Source: Mobula hypostoma
Lineage: Eukaryota
Length of the DNA: 64,000 nucleotides
Assembly: GCF_963921235.1 (NCBI RefSeq)
Contig: NC_086097.1
Coordinates: 251,288,001-251,352,000 of the forward strand
Reading direction: 5' to 3'
Translations under genes and position numbers: made by a program
In this document: piece after piece, positions 24,443 to 37,012 of the stretch
How positions within the stretch are numbered: position 1 is the first letter of the stretch
Layout: the number at the start of each line of letters is the position of its first letter
Notes under the pieces: model-generated
What the model saw: the letters and a program-made list of their open reading frames with translations, nothing else
Databases searched by the model: none
Told to the model about the DNA's origin: nothing

Positions 24443-27400
24443 GTTATAATAGTCATGGGAGATTTTAACATGCAGGTAGATTGGAAAAATCAGATTGGTA
24501 ATGGATCTCAAGAGAGTGAATTTGTTGAATGCTTATGAGGTGGCTTTTTAGAGCCGCTTTTCCTGGACCCGACTAGGTGATCAGCTATTCTGGATTGGGT
24601 GTTATGCAATGAACAGAAGGTGATTAGTGAGCTTAAGGTAATGGAACCTTTAGGAGGCAGTGATTAGAATATGATTGAGTTCAATTTGAAATTTGATAGG
24701 GAGAAAGTTAAGTCTCACATAGAAGTATTTCAGTGGAGTAAAGAAAATTACTCTGGTACGAAAGAGGAGTTGGCCAAAGTAAATTGGAAGGAGATGCTGG
24801 CAGGGAAGACAGCAGAGTAGCAACTGCTTGAGTTTCTGGGAAAAATGAGAAAGGTGCAGGATAGATGTATTCCAAAAACAAAGAAATACCCAAATGGCAA
24901 AATAATGCAACTGTGGCTGACAAGGGAAGTCAAAGCTAATGTAAAAGCAAGTGAGATGGCATACAAGAAAGCAAAAATTAGTGGAAAGATAGAGGATTGG
25001 GAAGCTTTTAAAAACCCATAGAAAGCAACTAAAGCAGTCATTAGGAGGGAAAAGAAGAATATGAAAGCAAGCTAGCAACCAATATCAAGGTGGATAGTAA
25101 AAGCTTTTTCAAGGATGTAAAAAAATAAGAAATATGAGAGTAGATATAGGAGAAATAATAATAGGGGACAAGGAGATGGCAGAAGAACTAAATAAGTATT
25201 TTGCCTCAGTCCTCACTGTAGAACACACTAACAGTGTGCCAGGTGTTCAAGGGTGTGAGAGAAGAGAAGTGAGTGCAGTTACTATTACAAAGGCAAAGAC
25301 CTGAAAGACCTAAATGTACATACATCACCCGAACAAAATGAACTGAACCCTAGCATTCTGAAAGAAGTAACACTAGAGATTGTGGAGGCATTAGTAATGA
25401 TCTTTCAAAAATCATTGGACTTTGGCATGGTTCTGGAGGACTGGAAAATTGCAAATGTCACTCCACTTTTTAGGAAAGGGTGGAGGCAGCAGAAAAGAAA
25501 TTATAGACCAGTTAGCCTGACCTCAGTGTGGTTAAGATGTTGGAGTCAATTGTTGGACGAGGTATATTAAGAGCAAAAGGATTGTAAGGGATAAAATTGG
25601 TCCTCTTGAAGATCAGAGTGGTCGGCTATGTGCGGAACCAAAGGAAATGGGAGAGATCTTAATAGGATTTTTGTGTCTGTATTTACTAAGGAAACTGGCA
25701 TGAAGTCTGTGGAATTAAGGGAAACAAGTAGTGAGATCATGGAAATTGTACAGATCAAAAAGGAGGAGGTCCTTGCTGTCTTGAGGAAAATTAAAGTGGA
25801 TAAATCCCCGGGACTTGACAGGGTGTTCCCTCGGACCTTGAAGGAGACTAGTGTTGAAATTGCAGGGGCCCTGGCAGAAATATTTAAAATGTCGCTGTCT
25901 ACAGGTGAGGTGCCGGAGGATTGGAGAGTGGCTCATGTTGTTCCGTTGTTTAAAAAAGGATCAAAAAGTAATCCGGGAATTTATAGGCCAGTAAGTTTAA
26001 CGTCGGTAGTAGGTAAGTTATTGGAGGGAGTACTAAGAGACAGAATCTACAAGCATTTGGATAGAAGGGACTTATTAGGGAGAGTCAACATGGCTTTGTG
26101 CATGGTAGGTCATATTTGACCAATCTATTGGAGTTTTTCGAGGAGGTTACCAGGAAAGTGGATGAAGGGAAGGCAGTGGATATTGTCCACATGGATTTCA
26201 GTAAGGCCTTTGACAAGGTCCCGCATGGGAGGTTAGTTAGGAAAATTCAGTCGCTAGGTATACATGGAGAGGTGGTAAATTGGATTAGACATTGGCTCAA
26301 TGGAAGAAGCCAAAGAGTGGTAGTAGAGAATTGCTTCTCCAAGTGGAGGCCTGTGACTAGTGGTGTGCCACAGGGATCATTGCTGGGTCCATTGTTATTT
26401 GTCATCTATATCAATGATCTGGATGATAATGTGGTAAATTGGATCAGCAAATTTGCTGATGATACAAAGATTGGAGGTGTAGTAGACAGTGAGGAAGGTT
26501 TTCAGAGCCTGCAGAGGGACTTGGACCAGCTGGAAAAATGAGCTGAAAAATGGCAGATGGAGTTTAATACAGACAAGTGTGAGGTATTGCACGTTGGAAG
26601 GACCAACCAAGGTAGAACATATAGGGTTAATGGTAAGGCACTGAGGAGTGCAGTGGAACAGAGGGATCTGGGAATACAGATACAAAATTCCCTAAAAGTA
26701 GCATCACAGGTAGATAGGGTTGTAAAGAGAGCTTTTGGTACATTGGCCTTTATTAATCAAAGTACTGAGTATAAGAGCTGGAATGTTATGATGAGGTTGT
26801 ATAAGGCATTGGTGAGGCCGAATCTGGAGTATTGTGTTCAGTTTTGGTCACCAAATTACAAGAAGGATATTAATAAGGTTGAAAGAGTGCAGAGAAGGTT
26901 TACAAGGATGTTGCCGGGACTTGAGAAACTCAGTTACAGAGAAAGGTTGAATAGGTTAGGACTTTATTCCCTGGAGCATAGAAGAATGAGGGGAGATTTG
27001 ATAGAGGTATATAAAATTATGATGGGTATAGATAGAGTGAATGCAAGCAGGCTTTTTCCACTGAGGCAAGGGGAGAATAAAACCAGAGGACATGGGTTAA
27101 GGGTGAGGGGGCAAAAGTTTAAAGGGAACATAAGGGGGGGCTTCTTCACACAGAGTGGTGGGAGTATGGAATGAGCTGCCAGACGAGGTGGTAAATGCGG
27201 GTTCTTTTTTAACATTTAAGAATAAATTGGACAGATACATGGATGGGAGGTGTATGGAGGGATATGGTCCGTGTGCAGGTCAGTGGGACTAGGCAGAAAA
27301 TGGTTCGGCATAGCCAAGAAGGGCCAAAAGGCCTGTTTCTGTGCTGTAGTTTCTATGGTTCTATGGTTCTATGGTTCTATGGAGGTGATGGAGTACTTGG

Positions 27401-28698
27401 TGACACAGGACAAGACGGGACAAAGCATGGTTTCATTAAGGAAAAATCTTGCCTGATGAACCTGTTGGAGATCTTTGAGGAGATTACAAGTAGGATAGAT
27501 AAAGGGGATGCAATGAATGTTGTATATTCGGATTTTCAGAAGGCCTTTGACAAGGTGCTACACGGTTAAGAGTCCATGGTGTTACAGGAAAGTTACTAGC
27601 ATGCTTGGAGCATTGGTTAATTGGTAGGAGGCAGCGAGTGAGAATAAAAGGATCCTTTTCTGGTTGGCTGCCAGTGACTAGTGGTGATCCACAGTGATTG
27701 GTGTTGGGACCGCTTCTTTTTATGCTGTATATAAATGATTTAGATGATGGAATAGATGGCTTTGTTGCCAAATTTGCAGATGATATGAAGGTTGGTGAAG
27801 GGGCAGGTAGTGTTGAGGAAACAGGAAGGCTGCAGAAGGACTTAGACAGATTAGGGGAATGGGCAAGAAAGTGGCAAATGAAATACAATGTTGGAAAATG
27901 CATGGTCATGCACTTTGATAGAAGAAATAAATGTTCAGACTATTTTCTACACAGGGAGAAAAATCTGAGGTGTAAAGGGACTTGGGAGTCCTTGAGCAGA
28001 ATACCCTGAAGGTTAACTTGCAGGTTGAGTTGGTGGTGAGGAAGGCAAATGCCATGTTAGCATTCATTTGAAGAGGTCCAGAATACAAGAGCAGGGATGA
28101 AATGCTGAGGCTCTATAAGGCACTGGTGAAGCCTCAGCTTGAGTATTGTGAAGAATTTTGGGATGCTTATCTAAGAAAAGATGTGCTGGCATTGGAGAGG
28201 GTTCAGAGGAGGTTCACAAGGATGATGCCGGGAATGAAAGCGTTATCATATAAAGAACATTTGATGGCTCTGGGTCTGTACTCACTGGAATTCAGAAGAA
28301 TGAGGGGGAATCTCATTGAAACCTTTCGAATGTTGGAAGACCGAGACAGAGTAGATGTGGAAAGGATGTTTCCCTTGGTGGGAGAGTCTAGGACAAGGGG
28401 GCACAGATTCAGGATAGAGGGCACACTTTCAAAACAGAGATGCAGAGAAATTTCTTTACCCAGCGGGTGGAGAATTTGTGGAATTTGTTATCACAGGCCG
28501 CTGCGGAGGTAGGCCATTGGGTGTATTTAAGGTGGAGATAGAGAGTTTCTTGATTGGGCATAGCATCAAAGGTTATGGGGAGAAGGCCAGAGAGTGGGGC
28601 TGAGGAGGGGGAGAAAAAGGATCAGCCATGGTTGAATGGTGGAGCAGACTCGAAGGGCCAAATGGTCTAATTGTACTCCTATGTCTTATGGTCTTATG
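24443..28698 (+). mobile_element. CR1 (+), itself interrupted by another CR1
   Basis: GDFNM.VDW endonuclease end, RT fragments, (tcttatgg)n tail. Confidence 0.88.
25564..27381 (+). mobile_element. Younger CR1 of a different subfamily (5'-truncated)
   Basis: Long RT ORFs at 25628-27174, (ttctatgg)n tail, flanked by gaggt/gaggt. Confidence 0.9.
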
Positions 28699-29133
28699 GT
28701 AATACTGATACATTGGACTTTAGCTTCTCCTTCTCAAATTTTAGCGTGAATTCAATCATATTATGATCACTTGCTCCTCAGGGTTCTTTTTACCTTAAAC
28801 TGCCTAATCTCTCACTCTCTCTCTAAATATAAATAAATATGTGTAAGGAATAGGGAGGGTGTGGTGGAGGGCTGTGGTGTGGTATTGGCCCTGAGAGATG
28901 TTGCATTGAAAAAGATGGAGTTCTGGTCATCCTCAGATCAATGTAGTCCAGGTTCTGCCGCAATGCTCCAAATGCAGCCATGTCTGGGCAATAATGAGGA
29001 GTCTTCCTTGTGGCACATGGGTAGTTATGGCCGTGGTGCCCAGTTGGATTTGCAAGAGATCAGGGAGCGATCATTCTGTATTATAAAATAAGTAATGCAA
29101 AAAGAGAGGGAAAATAGCAAGGTAGAATACATG

Positions 29134-29827
29134 TGTAGCCCCCCTGGCCACCCTCAGGGTCGCTCGGCTCGCTGTCGTCTAGGGAAACAGCCTCAGCCCC
29201 GGCAAACTGGATAATTCGTTTGTGTGGATGCTGTGTGAGGTACCCCACCCCGCCCAAACAACAGACAATACACCAGATGCAATTAAATGATGTACAGTTT
29301 ATAGATATTACTGGAACTATATAATTAGAAGAGAATAAAATATAAAAGGAAAATAAAAGGCGCCACACTTATCAAAGTTCAATCTCTTCGTGCACAAAAA
29401 CCGTTGGAGCTCAAGGACCTTCTTCTTCACCCTGCGACCCCCTCGGACCACCTCGACCGGCCGCCTGGGACCAACAACGGTGGTCGACCAGACGCTCCAC
29501 ACGAATCCGTCTCCGTCTCCTTGCCGAACGTCCCGCTCGGGGTCCAACCCCGTTAGCGGACTCACAGCACCTCATCCATCCTCTGTCTCGCTCTCCTGCC
29601 TTCTGCCCCAAAACCCCGCACATACAGTATCTTCAAATACACCAAAACCTTAACAACTATCCCAATTGGTTAATAACGTATTTCTTATCACCCTCTAAAC
29701 CACAACAAGCTGCTAGCGCAAACTTCTCAGCGTTTAAGACAACAAAGCCGCATTCCCCAGATTAACATAACAAAGACGCCATTTTAATTAGCCTCCGCAG
29801 TAACATAAAAATCGAAACCCCCTTACA
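29134..29827. mobile_element. Solo LTR (694 bp), Gypsy/ERV-like
   Basis: TGTA...TACA termini and a perfect 4-bp TSD CATG (29130-29133, 29828-29831); CpG-rich; inserted in a Rex-like 3' fragment (about 29080-30130, -). Confidence 0.85.
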
Positions 29828-30396
29828 CATGGGTTCAATGTCTATTCAGAAATTGGATGGCAGATGGGAAGAATTTAGTGTTGAAAAGTTGAGTGTGTGT
29901 CTTCAGGCTCCTGTACCTCCTTCCTGATAATAGTAATGGGAAGAGTCCATGTTCTGTGTGATGGGGGTCCTTAAAGATGGATGCCATCTTTTTGAGGCAT
30001 TAACTTTTGAAGATGTCCTTGATAGAGATTAGTGCCCAAAATGGAGCTGGCTGAGTGTACAATTTCTGCTACTTTGTCCAATCTTGTGCAGTGGCCCCTC
30101 TATACCAGATGGTGATGTAACCAGTTCAGCTGGTAGCGCCAAATACTGTGGCCAAGAAAACAGCTGATAATACCTCTAGCAACACACATAAAAGTTGCTG
30201 GTGAATGCAGCAGGCCTGGCAGCATCTCTAGGAAGAGGTACAGTCGATGTTTCAGGCCGAGACCCTGAGTCCTGACTCACTTTGGAGGAGCTTGTCAATC
30301 ATGTTTGGCACTTTTGTACAAGGCTGACTATTTTTTTTAAAAAACAAAACACAAAATGCTGGAGGATCTCAGCAGGTCAGGTAGCATCCATCTATG

Positions 30397-30857
30397 GACC
30401 GTAAGACATAGGAGTAGAATTAGGCCAATCCACCCATCAAGTCTGTTCAAGCATTCCATCGTGGTTGATTTATTATCCCTCTCAACCCCATTCTCCCTGT
30501 AACCTTTGGTGTCCTGACTAATCGAGAACCTATCAATCTCTGCTTTAAACATACCCAATGATTTGGTCTCCATAGCCATCTGTAGCAATGAATTCCACGG
30601 ATTCACCACCCCCGGCAAAAGAGATTGCTCCTCATTTTTGTTCTAAAAGGGTGTCCTTCTATCTGAGGCTGTGCTCTCTGGTCCTAGACCACCCCCTCCC
30701 TCCAACCCCACTATAGGAAATATCCTCTCCATGTCCACTCTGTCTAGACCTTTAGATATTTGATAGGTTTCATTGAGATCCCTCCTCATTCTTTGAAATT
30801 CCAGTGTGAACAGGCCCAGAGCCATTAAATGCTCCTTTTACATTCACCCCTTCATTT
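30397..30857 (-). mobile_element. CR1 3' fragment
   Basis: Minus-strand ALGLFTLEFQRMRRDL...; CR1 3'UTR. Confidence 0.8.
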
Positions 30858-30969
30858 CAACTTAATTGAAATTTAGACCTTGATCTGCAATGGGAGGGGA
30901 TTAATTGTCAACATGTCAGGCCAAGATCCTTCATCAGGATCATCTGCATCTGCAGAATCTCAACAGAAT

Positions 30970-31170
30970 AGATTCTGCAGATGCTGGAAATCCAGAGCAA
31001 CACACACAACATGCTGAAGGATCTCAGCAGGTCAGTCAGCATCTGTGGAGAGGAGTAAACAGTTGAAGTCCTGATGTACGATCTCAGCCTGAAACATTAA
31101 ATGTTTATTCCTCTGCAGAAATGCTATCTGACCTGCTGAGTTCCTCCAGCATTTTGCATCTGCAGGATCT
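30970..31170. mobile_element. Decayed inverted pair of Penelope-like pLTRs
   Basis: atgctgaaggatctcagcaggtcag...ctgacctgctgagttcctccagcat in fold-back arrangement. Confidence 0.6.
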
Positions 31171-31394
31171 CTACATCTTTTTTTTAAAAAAGATGGATAT
31201 TGGATGGGAAGGAAAAAGTAAACTGTTTAATTTAGTACTGAAACTTAATTTTCAAAGCTCCTGAACCTCAACACTGAACTGATTCCACAGCCACTTTCAA
31301 GGAATCTTCAGCTCATGTTCTCAGTTATTTAAAACTTACATTCCTTTGCATATTGGTTGTTTGTCCGTCGTTGTTTATGTGTAGTTTTTAATTG

Positions 31395-32140
31395 AATCAG
31401 AATCAGGTTTATTATCACCGACGTGACGTGAAATTTGTTAACTTAGCAGCAGCAGTTCAATACATAATCTAGCAGAGAAAAAAAAACAAAATAAAACATA
31501 ATAAATAAACAAGTAAATCAATTATGTATATTGAATAAATTATTTAAAAATGTGGAAAAACAGAAATACTGTATATGTAAAAAAAGTGAGGTAGAGTCCA
31601 AAGCTTCAAAGTCCATTCAGGAATCGGCTGACAGGTGAAGAAGCTGTTCCTGAATCGCTGAGTGTGTGCCTTCAGGCTTCTGTACCTCCTACCTAATGGT
31701 AACAGTGAGAAAAGGGCATGCCCTGGGTGCTGGAGGTCTTTAATAATGGACGCTGCTTTTGAGACACTGCCCCCTAAAGATGTCCTGGGTACTTAGTAGG
31801 CTAGAGCCCAAGATGAAGCTGACTAGATTTACAACCTTCTGCAGTTGCTTTCAGTCCTGTGCAGTAGCCCCTCCATACCAGACAGTGATGCAGACTGTCA
31901 GAATGCTCTCCCCGGTACAACTATAGAAGTTTTTGAGTGTATTTGTTGACATGCCAAATCTCTTCAAACTCCTAATAAAGTCTAGCCGCTGTCTTGCCTT
32001 CTTTATAACTACATCGATATGTTGGAACCAGGTTAGATCCTCAGAGATCTTGACACCCAGGAACTTGAAGCTGCTCACTCTCTCCACTTCTGATCCCTCT
32101 ATGAGGATTGGTATGTGTTCCTTCGTCTTACCCTTCCTGA
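31395..32140 (-). mobile_element. Rex1/Babar-like LINE 3' part
   Basis: ERVSSFKFLGVKISEDLTW; highly similar to the reverse complement of 10236-10920. Confidence 0.88.
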
Positions 32141-33319
32141 ATTAAGTTTAATATCACCGGCGTACGTCGTGAAATCTGTTTTACAGCAGCAGTACATTGC
32201 AATACATAATAAAACTGCAAATAACAGTAAAGAAATATATATATATTGAAAAGTTAAGTAAGTAGTGCAATAAGAGGGGAAAGTAGTGAGGTAGTGTTCA
32301 TGGGTTCAATGTCCTTTCAGCAATCTGATGACAGAGGGGAAAAAGCTGTTTCTGAAATGTTCAGGCTCCTGAACCTCCTCCCTGATGGCAGCAGTGAGAA
32401 GAGGCATGTCCTGAATAATGTGGGTTCTTAATGATGGATGCTGCCTTTTCGTGGCATCGACTTCATTGCCCTGAAATGTTCAGTGTGTGTATTCAGACTC
32501 CTGAACTTCCTCCCTGATGGCAGCAGTGAGAAGAGGCATGTTCTGAGTGATGGGGAGCCTCGTGCCCATGACAGAGCCGACTGAGTTCACAAGTTTCTGC
32601 AGCTTTTTCCGATCCTTTGCAGTGGCCCTCCATCCCTGACAGTGATGATTGCTGTCCACAGTGCATCTGTAATCTCTGGTATTTCTTTGTTCCACTGTAA
32701 ATGCCTGCAAGAAAGTGAATCTCAGGGTAGTATATACATGCCTTGATAATAAATTTACTTTGAACTTTGGTTACCGCTGAAGTTAAGTATGACATTATAA
32801 CGTAACAAACCCTGTCAGCTGCCTTTAACGTTAAAATATTCGATATGATTAAAGCCTCCTGATCAGTGTTATGTGGAGTTCTGTTCCACCCAAAGGCCTG
32901 GAACTGTTTTCTTTTGTCTACTGCAAACACAGCTGTAGTGTACTAACACAGGAACTAATGGCTTTGGAGGCACCAAACAAATCACCTATGCAAATTCATT
33001 GATACCCTGAAAGCTTTATCTGTCCTTTCTGTTGCCTGTATTAGAGTCATCACCAATTTCTAAATAGAGGAGATTTTGTAGATGCTGGAAATCCGAAGCA
33101 ATATGCACAAAATGCTGGAGGAACTCAGCAGGTCAGGCTGCATCTATGGAAGCGAATGAACAGTCACCAGCACAGCTTATTGTTCACTAGAATAATGACT
33201 ATGTAATAATGTTTATAAGATTCCCATTGAAGATGCATGTGTAGGTACAGTGAAATCAAAAGCAATGCACTGGGCAGAACACCAAGAGTGTTTACTGCTT
33301 ATCAACGAAGGTACTTACC

Positions 33320-33746
33320 TGGCTTTAGGGTCATTCGTAAGGCCAGTGATGTTGTGGGGATGGAACTGGACTCTATGACGGTGATGTCTGAAAAGAGGAT
33401 GCTGTCCAAGTTGCATGCCATCTTGGACAATGTCTCCCATCCACTACATAATGTACTGGTTGGGCACAGGAGTACATTCAGCCAGAGACTCATTCCACCG
33501 AGATGCAGCACAGAGCGTCATAGGAAGTCATTCCTGCCTGTGGCCATCAAACTTTACAACTCCTCCCTTGGAGGGTCAGACACCCTGAGCCAATAGGCTG
33601 GTCCTGGACTTATTTCCATCTGGCGTAATTTACATATTATTTAATTATTATTTGTTTTATATTGCTATATTTATACTCTATTCTTGGTTGGTGCAACTGT
33701 AACAAAACCCAATTTCCCTTGAGATCAATAAAGTATGACTATGACT
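33320..33746 (+). mobile_element. LINE (Rex/L2-group) 3' fragment
   Basis: HAILDNVSHPLH...RCSTERHRKSFLPVAIKLYN; aataaa followed by a (atgact)n tail. Confidence 0.75.
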
Positions 33747-34517
33747 TATTCCTCTCTATAGATGCTGCCTGACCTGCTGAATTCCTCCAGCATTGCATGT
33801 TATTTAGTGCTTTCTAAATGATCCAAACATGGGTTTCCCTCAGCCACAACCTTCCATTGTATCGCTGACATTTCCTGCACATCTGCCCTTTCTCTCTTCT
33901 CCTCCTCTCAGAGCAAGGAACTAGCTTAAAAGTTGCTCCAGCTTTTTGTCTGTGTTACCTGGTGTTAGTTTCTTAAGGAATGGGAATGGTTCCACAACAA
34001 GTAATTAGAACTGCCTTCCAGATGCCAAGGAGGTATACAGAATACAGAAAGGTGCTGGAAAAGTTCCAGTAACATCACAAAGGATCCCATCCACCCTGGT
34101 CATGGACCTTGTCCCACTCCCATCAGGGAGGAGGCTACGTAGCATCCACACCAGGACCACCAGACTCAAAAACAGTTACTTTCCCCAAGCAGCAAGGCTG
34201 ATCAACACCTCCACCCACTAACCCACCCAACCACCACTACTTTATCGTTTCCTGTCAGCTACCTTGTAGGATTTTGTGAATAAAACATGCCAGAGTCCTT
34301 TTATGTGCTGAACAAAAGCTACAGCCTTTTATTTCCATTACCAACACACCAAATTTAAGACACCATCTCTTAAAGTGAACGCAATTTAATGTTGGTGTTT
34401 TTGAATTATGTAGAAGTGTTTCTATTATGAACAATATATGTTATCTGTCACCATTACCCTATATCCTTATGTACAGATACTCCTGTACCTAGTGTCACTT
34501 CATGGATATGCAATCAT

Positions 34518-35830
34518 AAGACCATAAGATGTAGGAGCAGAATTGGGCCATTTGGCCCATCAAGTCTGCTCCACCATTTCATCATGGCTGATCCATTTTT
34601 CCTCTTAGCCCCAAACTCCTACCTTTCTCCCGTATCCTTTCATGCCCTGACTAATCAGGAATTTATTGACCTCTTCCTGAAATATACGTAAAGACTTAAC
34701 CCCCACAGCTGCCTGTAGCAGAGAATTCCACAGATTCACCACTCTCTGGCTAAAGAAATTCCTCCTCATCTCTGTTCTAAAAGAACACTCCTCTATACTG
34801 AGGCTGTGTCCTCTGGTCTTAGACACTCTCACCATAAGAAACAACCTCACCACATTGACTCTATCAAGGCCTTTCACCATTCGATAGGTTTCAATGAGGT
34901 CACCCCTCATTCTTCTGAATTCTAGTGAATACAGGTCAAGAGCCGTCAAACGCTCTTCATATGACAAGCTGTTCAATCCTGGAATCATTTTTATGAACCT
35001 CCTTTGAATCTTCTCCAGTTTCAGCACATCCTCTCTCAGATAAAGGGCCCAAAACTGCTCACAATACTCTGAGGCCTCACCAGTGCTTTATAACGTCTCA
35101 ACATTACATTCTTGCTTTTATATGCTGGTCCTCTTGACATTGCATTTGCCTTCCTCACCAGACTCAAACTGCAAATGAACCTTTAGGGAATCCTGCACAA
35201 GGACTCCCAGGTGCCTTTGTGCATCAGAGTTTTGTATTTTCTCTCCATTAAGAAAATAGCCAACCCTTTCATTTCTTCTACCAAGGTACATGACCATATG
35301 CTTCCCAACCCTGTATTCTATCTGCCACTTCTTTGCCCATTCTCCCAATTTGTCTAAGTCCTTCTGTAGCCTCTCTACCTCCTCAAAACTACCTGCCCCT
35401 CCATCTATCTTCATATCATCTGCAACTTTACAACAAAGCCATCAATTCCATCATCCCAAGTCATTGACATATAATGTAAAAATAATCGGTCCCAACACAG
35501 ACCCCTGTGGAACACCCCTGGTCACCAACAGCAAACCAGAAAAGACTCCCTTTACTACCACTCTTTGCCAAACAGCCACTGCTTTATCCATGCTAGAATC
35601 TTTTCTGTAATACCATATTAAGCTGCCTCATTTAAGGCATAGGTTAATAGATTCTGGATTGGTCAGGGCATGAAAGGATATAGGGAGAAGGCAGGAGATT
35701 AGGGCTGAGGTAAAAATTGGATCAGCCAAGAAGAAATGGTGGAGCAGGCTTGATGGGTTAAATGGCCTAATACTGCTCCGATGTCTAATGGTCTTACGTG
35801 TGGCACCTTTTCAAAGGCCTTCTGAAAATC
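34518..35830 (-). mobile_element. CR1 3' part with a small nested + CR1 tail (about 35630-35796)
   Basis: Minus-strand ORFs 34605-35027 and 35118-35414 with CR1 C-terminal motifs. Confidence 0.85.
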
Positions 35831-36100
35831 CTTTACAGTAAGTCTACATTTGTAAGCCAGTCTAATGTATTTCTATTTACTGAGTTTTTATTGTGTTCTT
35901 TATGCTTATTGTGTTGTTTGTGCTGTGTTGGATCCAGAGTAGCAACCATATTGTTCTTTACATTCATGTACTGAAGAGACGATAAACAATATTCAATTGT
36001 GGAAGAACCTTGCGTTGAGTTAGTGCCTTTACTGTTTTAACTTCCTTTCTAAGTCATCCGGAGGAGGCACTGAAAATGATTGCTGATTGTTTTCACACAG

Positions 36101-36208
36101 TTCAATCAGTCTGTGAGCAATGAGCTGAATGAGGGAACTTCGTTCTGCCTTTGTACTGACAGCCAACTGCATATTCGCCAAGTCTTCCACTCCGAGGCTT
36201 CTAGCAAG
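36101..36208 (+). CDS. ESRP1: ESRP1 coding exon 3 (108 nt)
   Basis: tttcacacag|TTC...AAG|gtactc; [36 protein letters not shown], close to ESRP1 [35 protein letters not shown]. Confidence 0.95.
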
Positions 36209-37012
36209 GTACTCTCTGCATTCCATTTACAAATACCCGCACACCCCTGAGAAAAGAAACATGTGTATCCAACGACTTACAATGGCTTCCCTTTTTGACA
36301 CAATTTGAACTGAAACTATATGACAGCATGGAGACCAAGTCACTGGGTATATTTAAAGCAGAGGTTGATAGGTTCTTGATTAGTCGATATGTCAAAGGTT
36401 ACGGGGAGAAGGCTGGAGAATGGGGTTGAGGGGGATAGTAAATCAGCTATGATGGAATGGCAGAGCAGACTCAATGGGCCAAATGGCAAAACTTTTGTTC
36501 CTCTGTCTTATGGCCTTATCTCATACTTGTTTAATTACTTTTAGGATTGTATTTGGTTTTTAAATAAATCTTGAAAACTTAACATTTAAAGAGTTTTTTT
36601 TAATTATAAGAATTGCAGGAAAATACAGGAGAGATGCCAATGGTTTTTAACACTCAAGAGTGTGGTTGGTCTGGGGAACCCGCTACCGGGGTGAGAGGTG
36701 ACTTGACGTATCAAATGATATAGAGCGTATATCAAGAGGACATCCAGAGACTTTTCCCAGAGAGTCAATGGCTAAAACATACCTTCAGGTGGTTGGCAGA
36801 ACGTATAGGGGGATGTCAGGGGCAGGATTTTTAGACATCTTGCCAGGGTTGTGGTAGAGACAGATACGTTAGGGATATTTTAAGAGACTCAGATAGGCAC
36901 ACGAATGATAGAAAAATGGAGAGCTGAGAACTATGTAGGAGGGAACATCTAGGAGTAAGTTAAAATGTCAGCATAAAATAGAGAGCCAAAGGGCCTGCAC
37001 AGTGCTATAATG

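Larger units (their letters stand above)
22137..28810 (-). mobile_element. Outer CR1 (-), interrupted at 24442/28699 by a + CR1 and at 22563-22716 by a Penelope pLTR
   Basis: Minus-strand RT fragments at 22304-24411; the endonuclease-region text resumes at 28699 after a shared gtaat. Confidence 0.85.
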
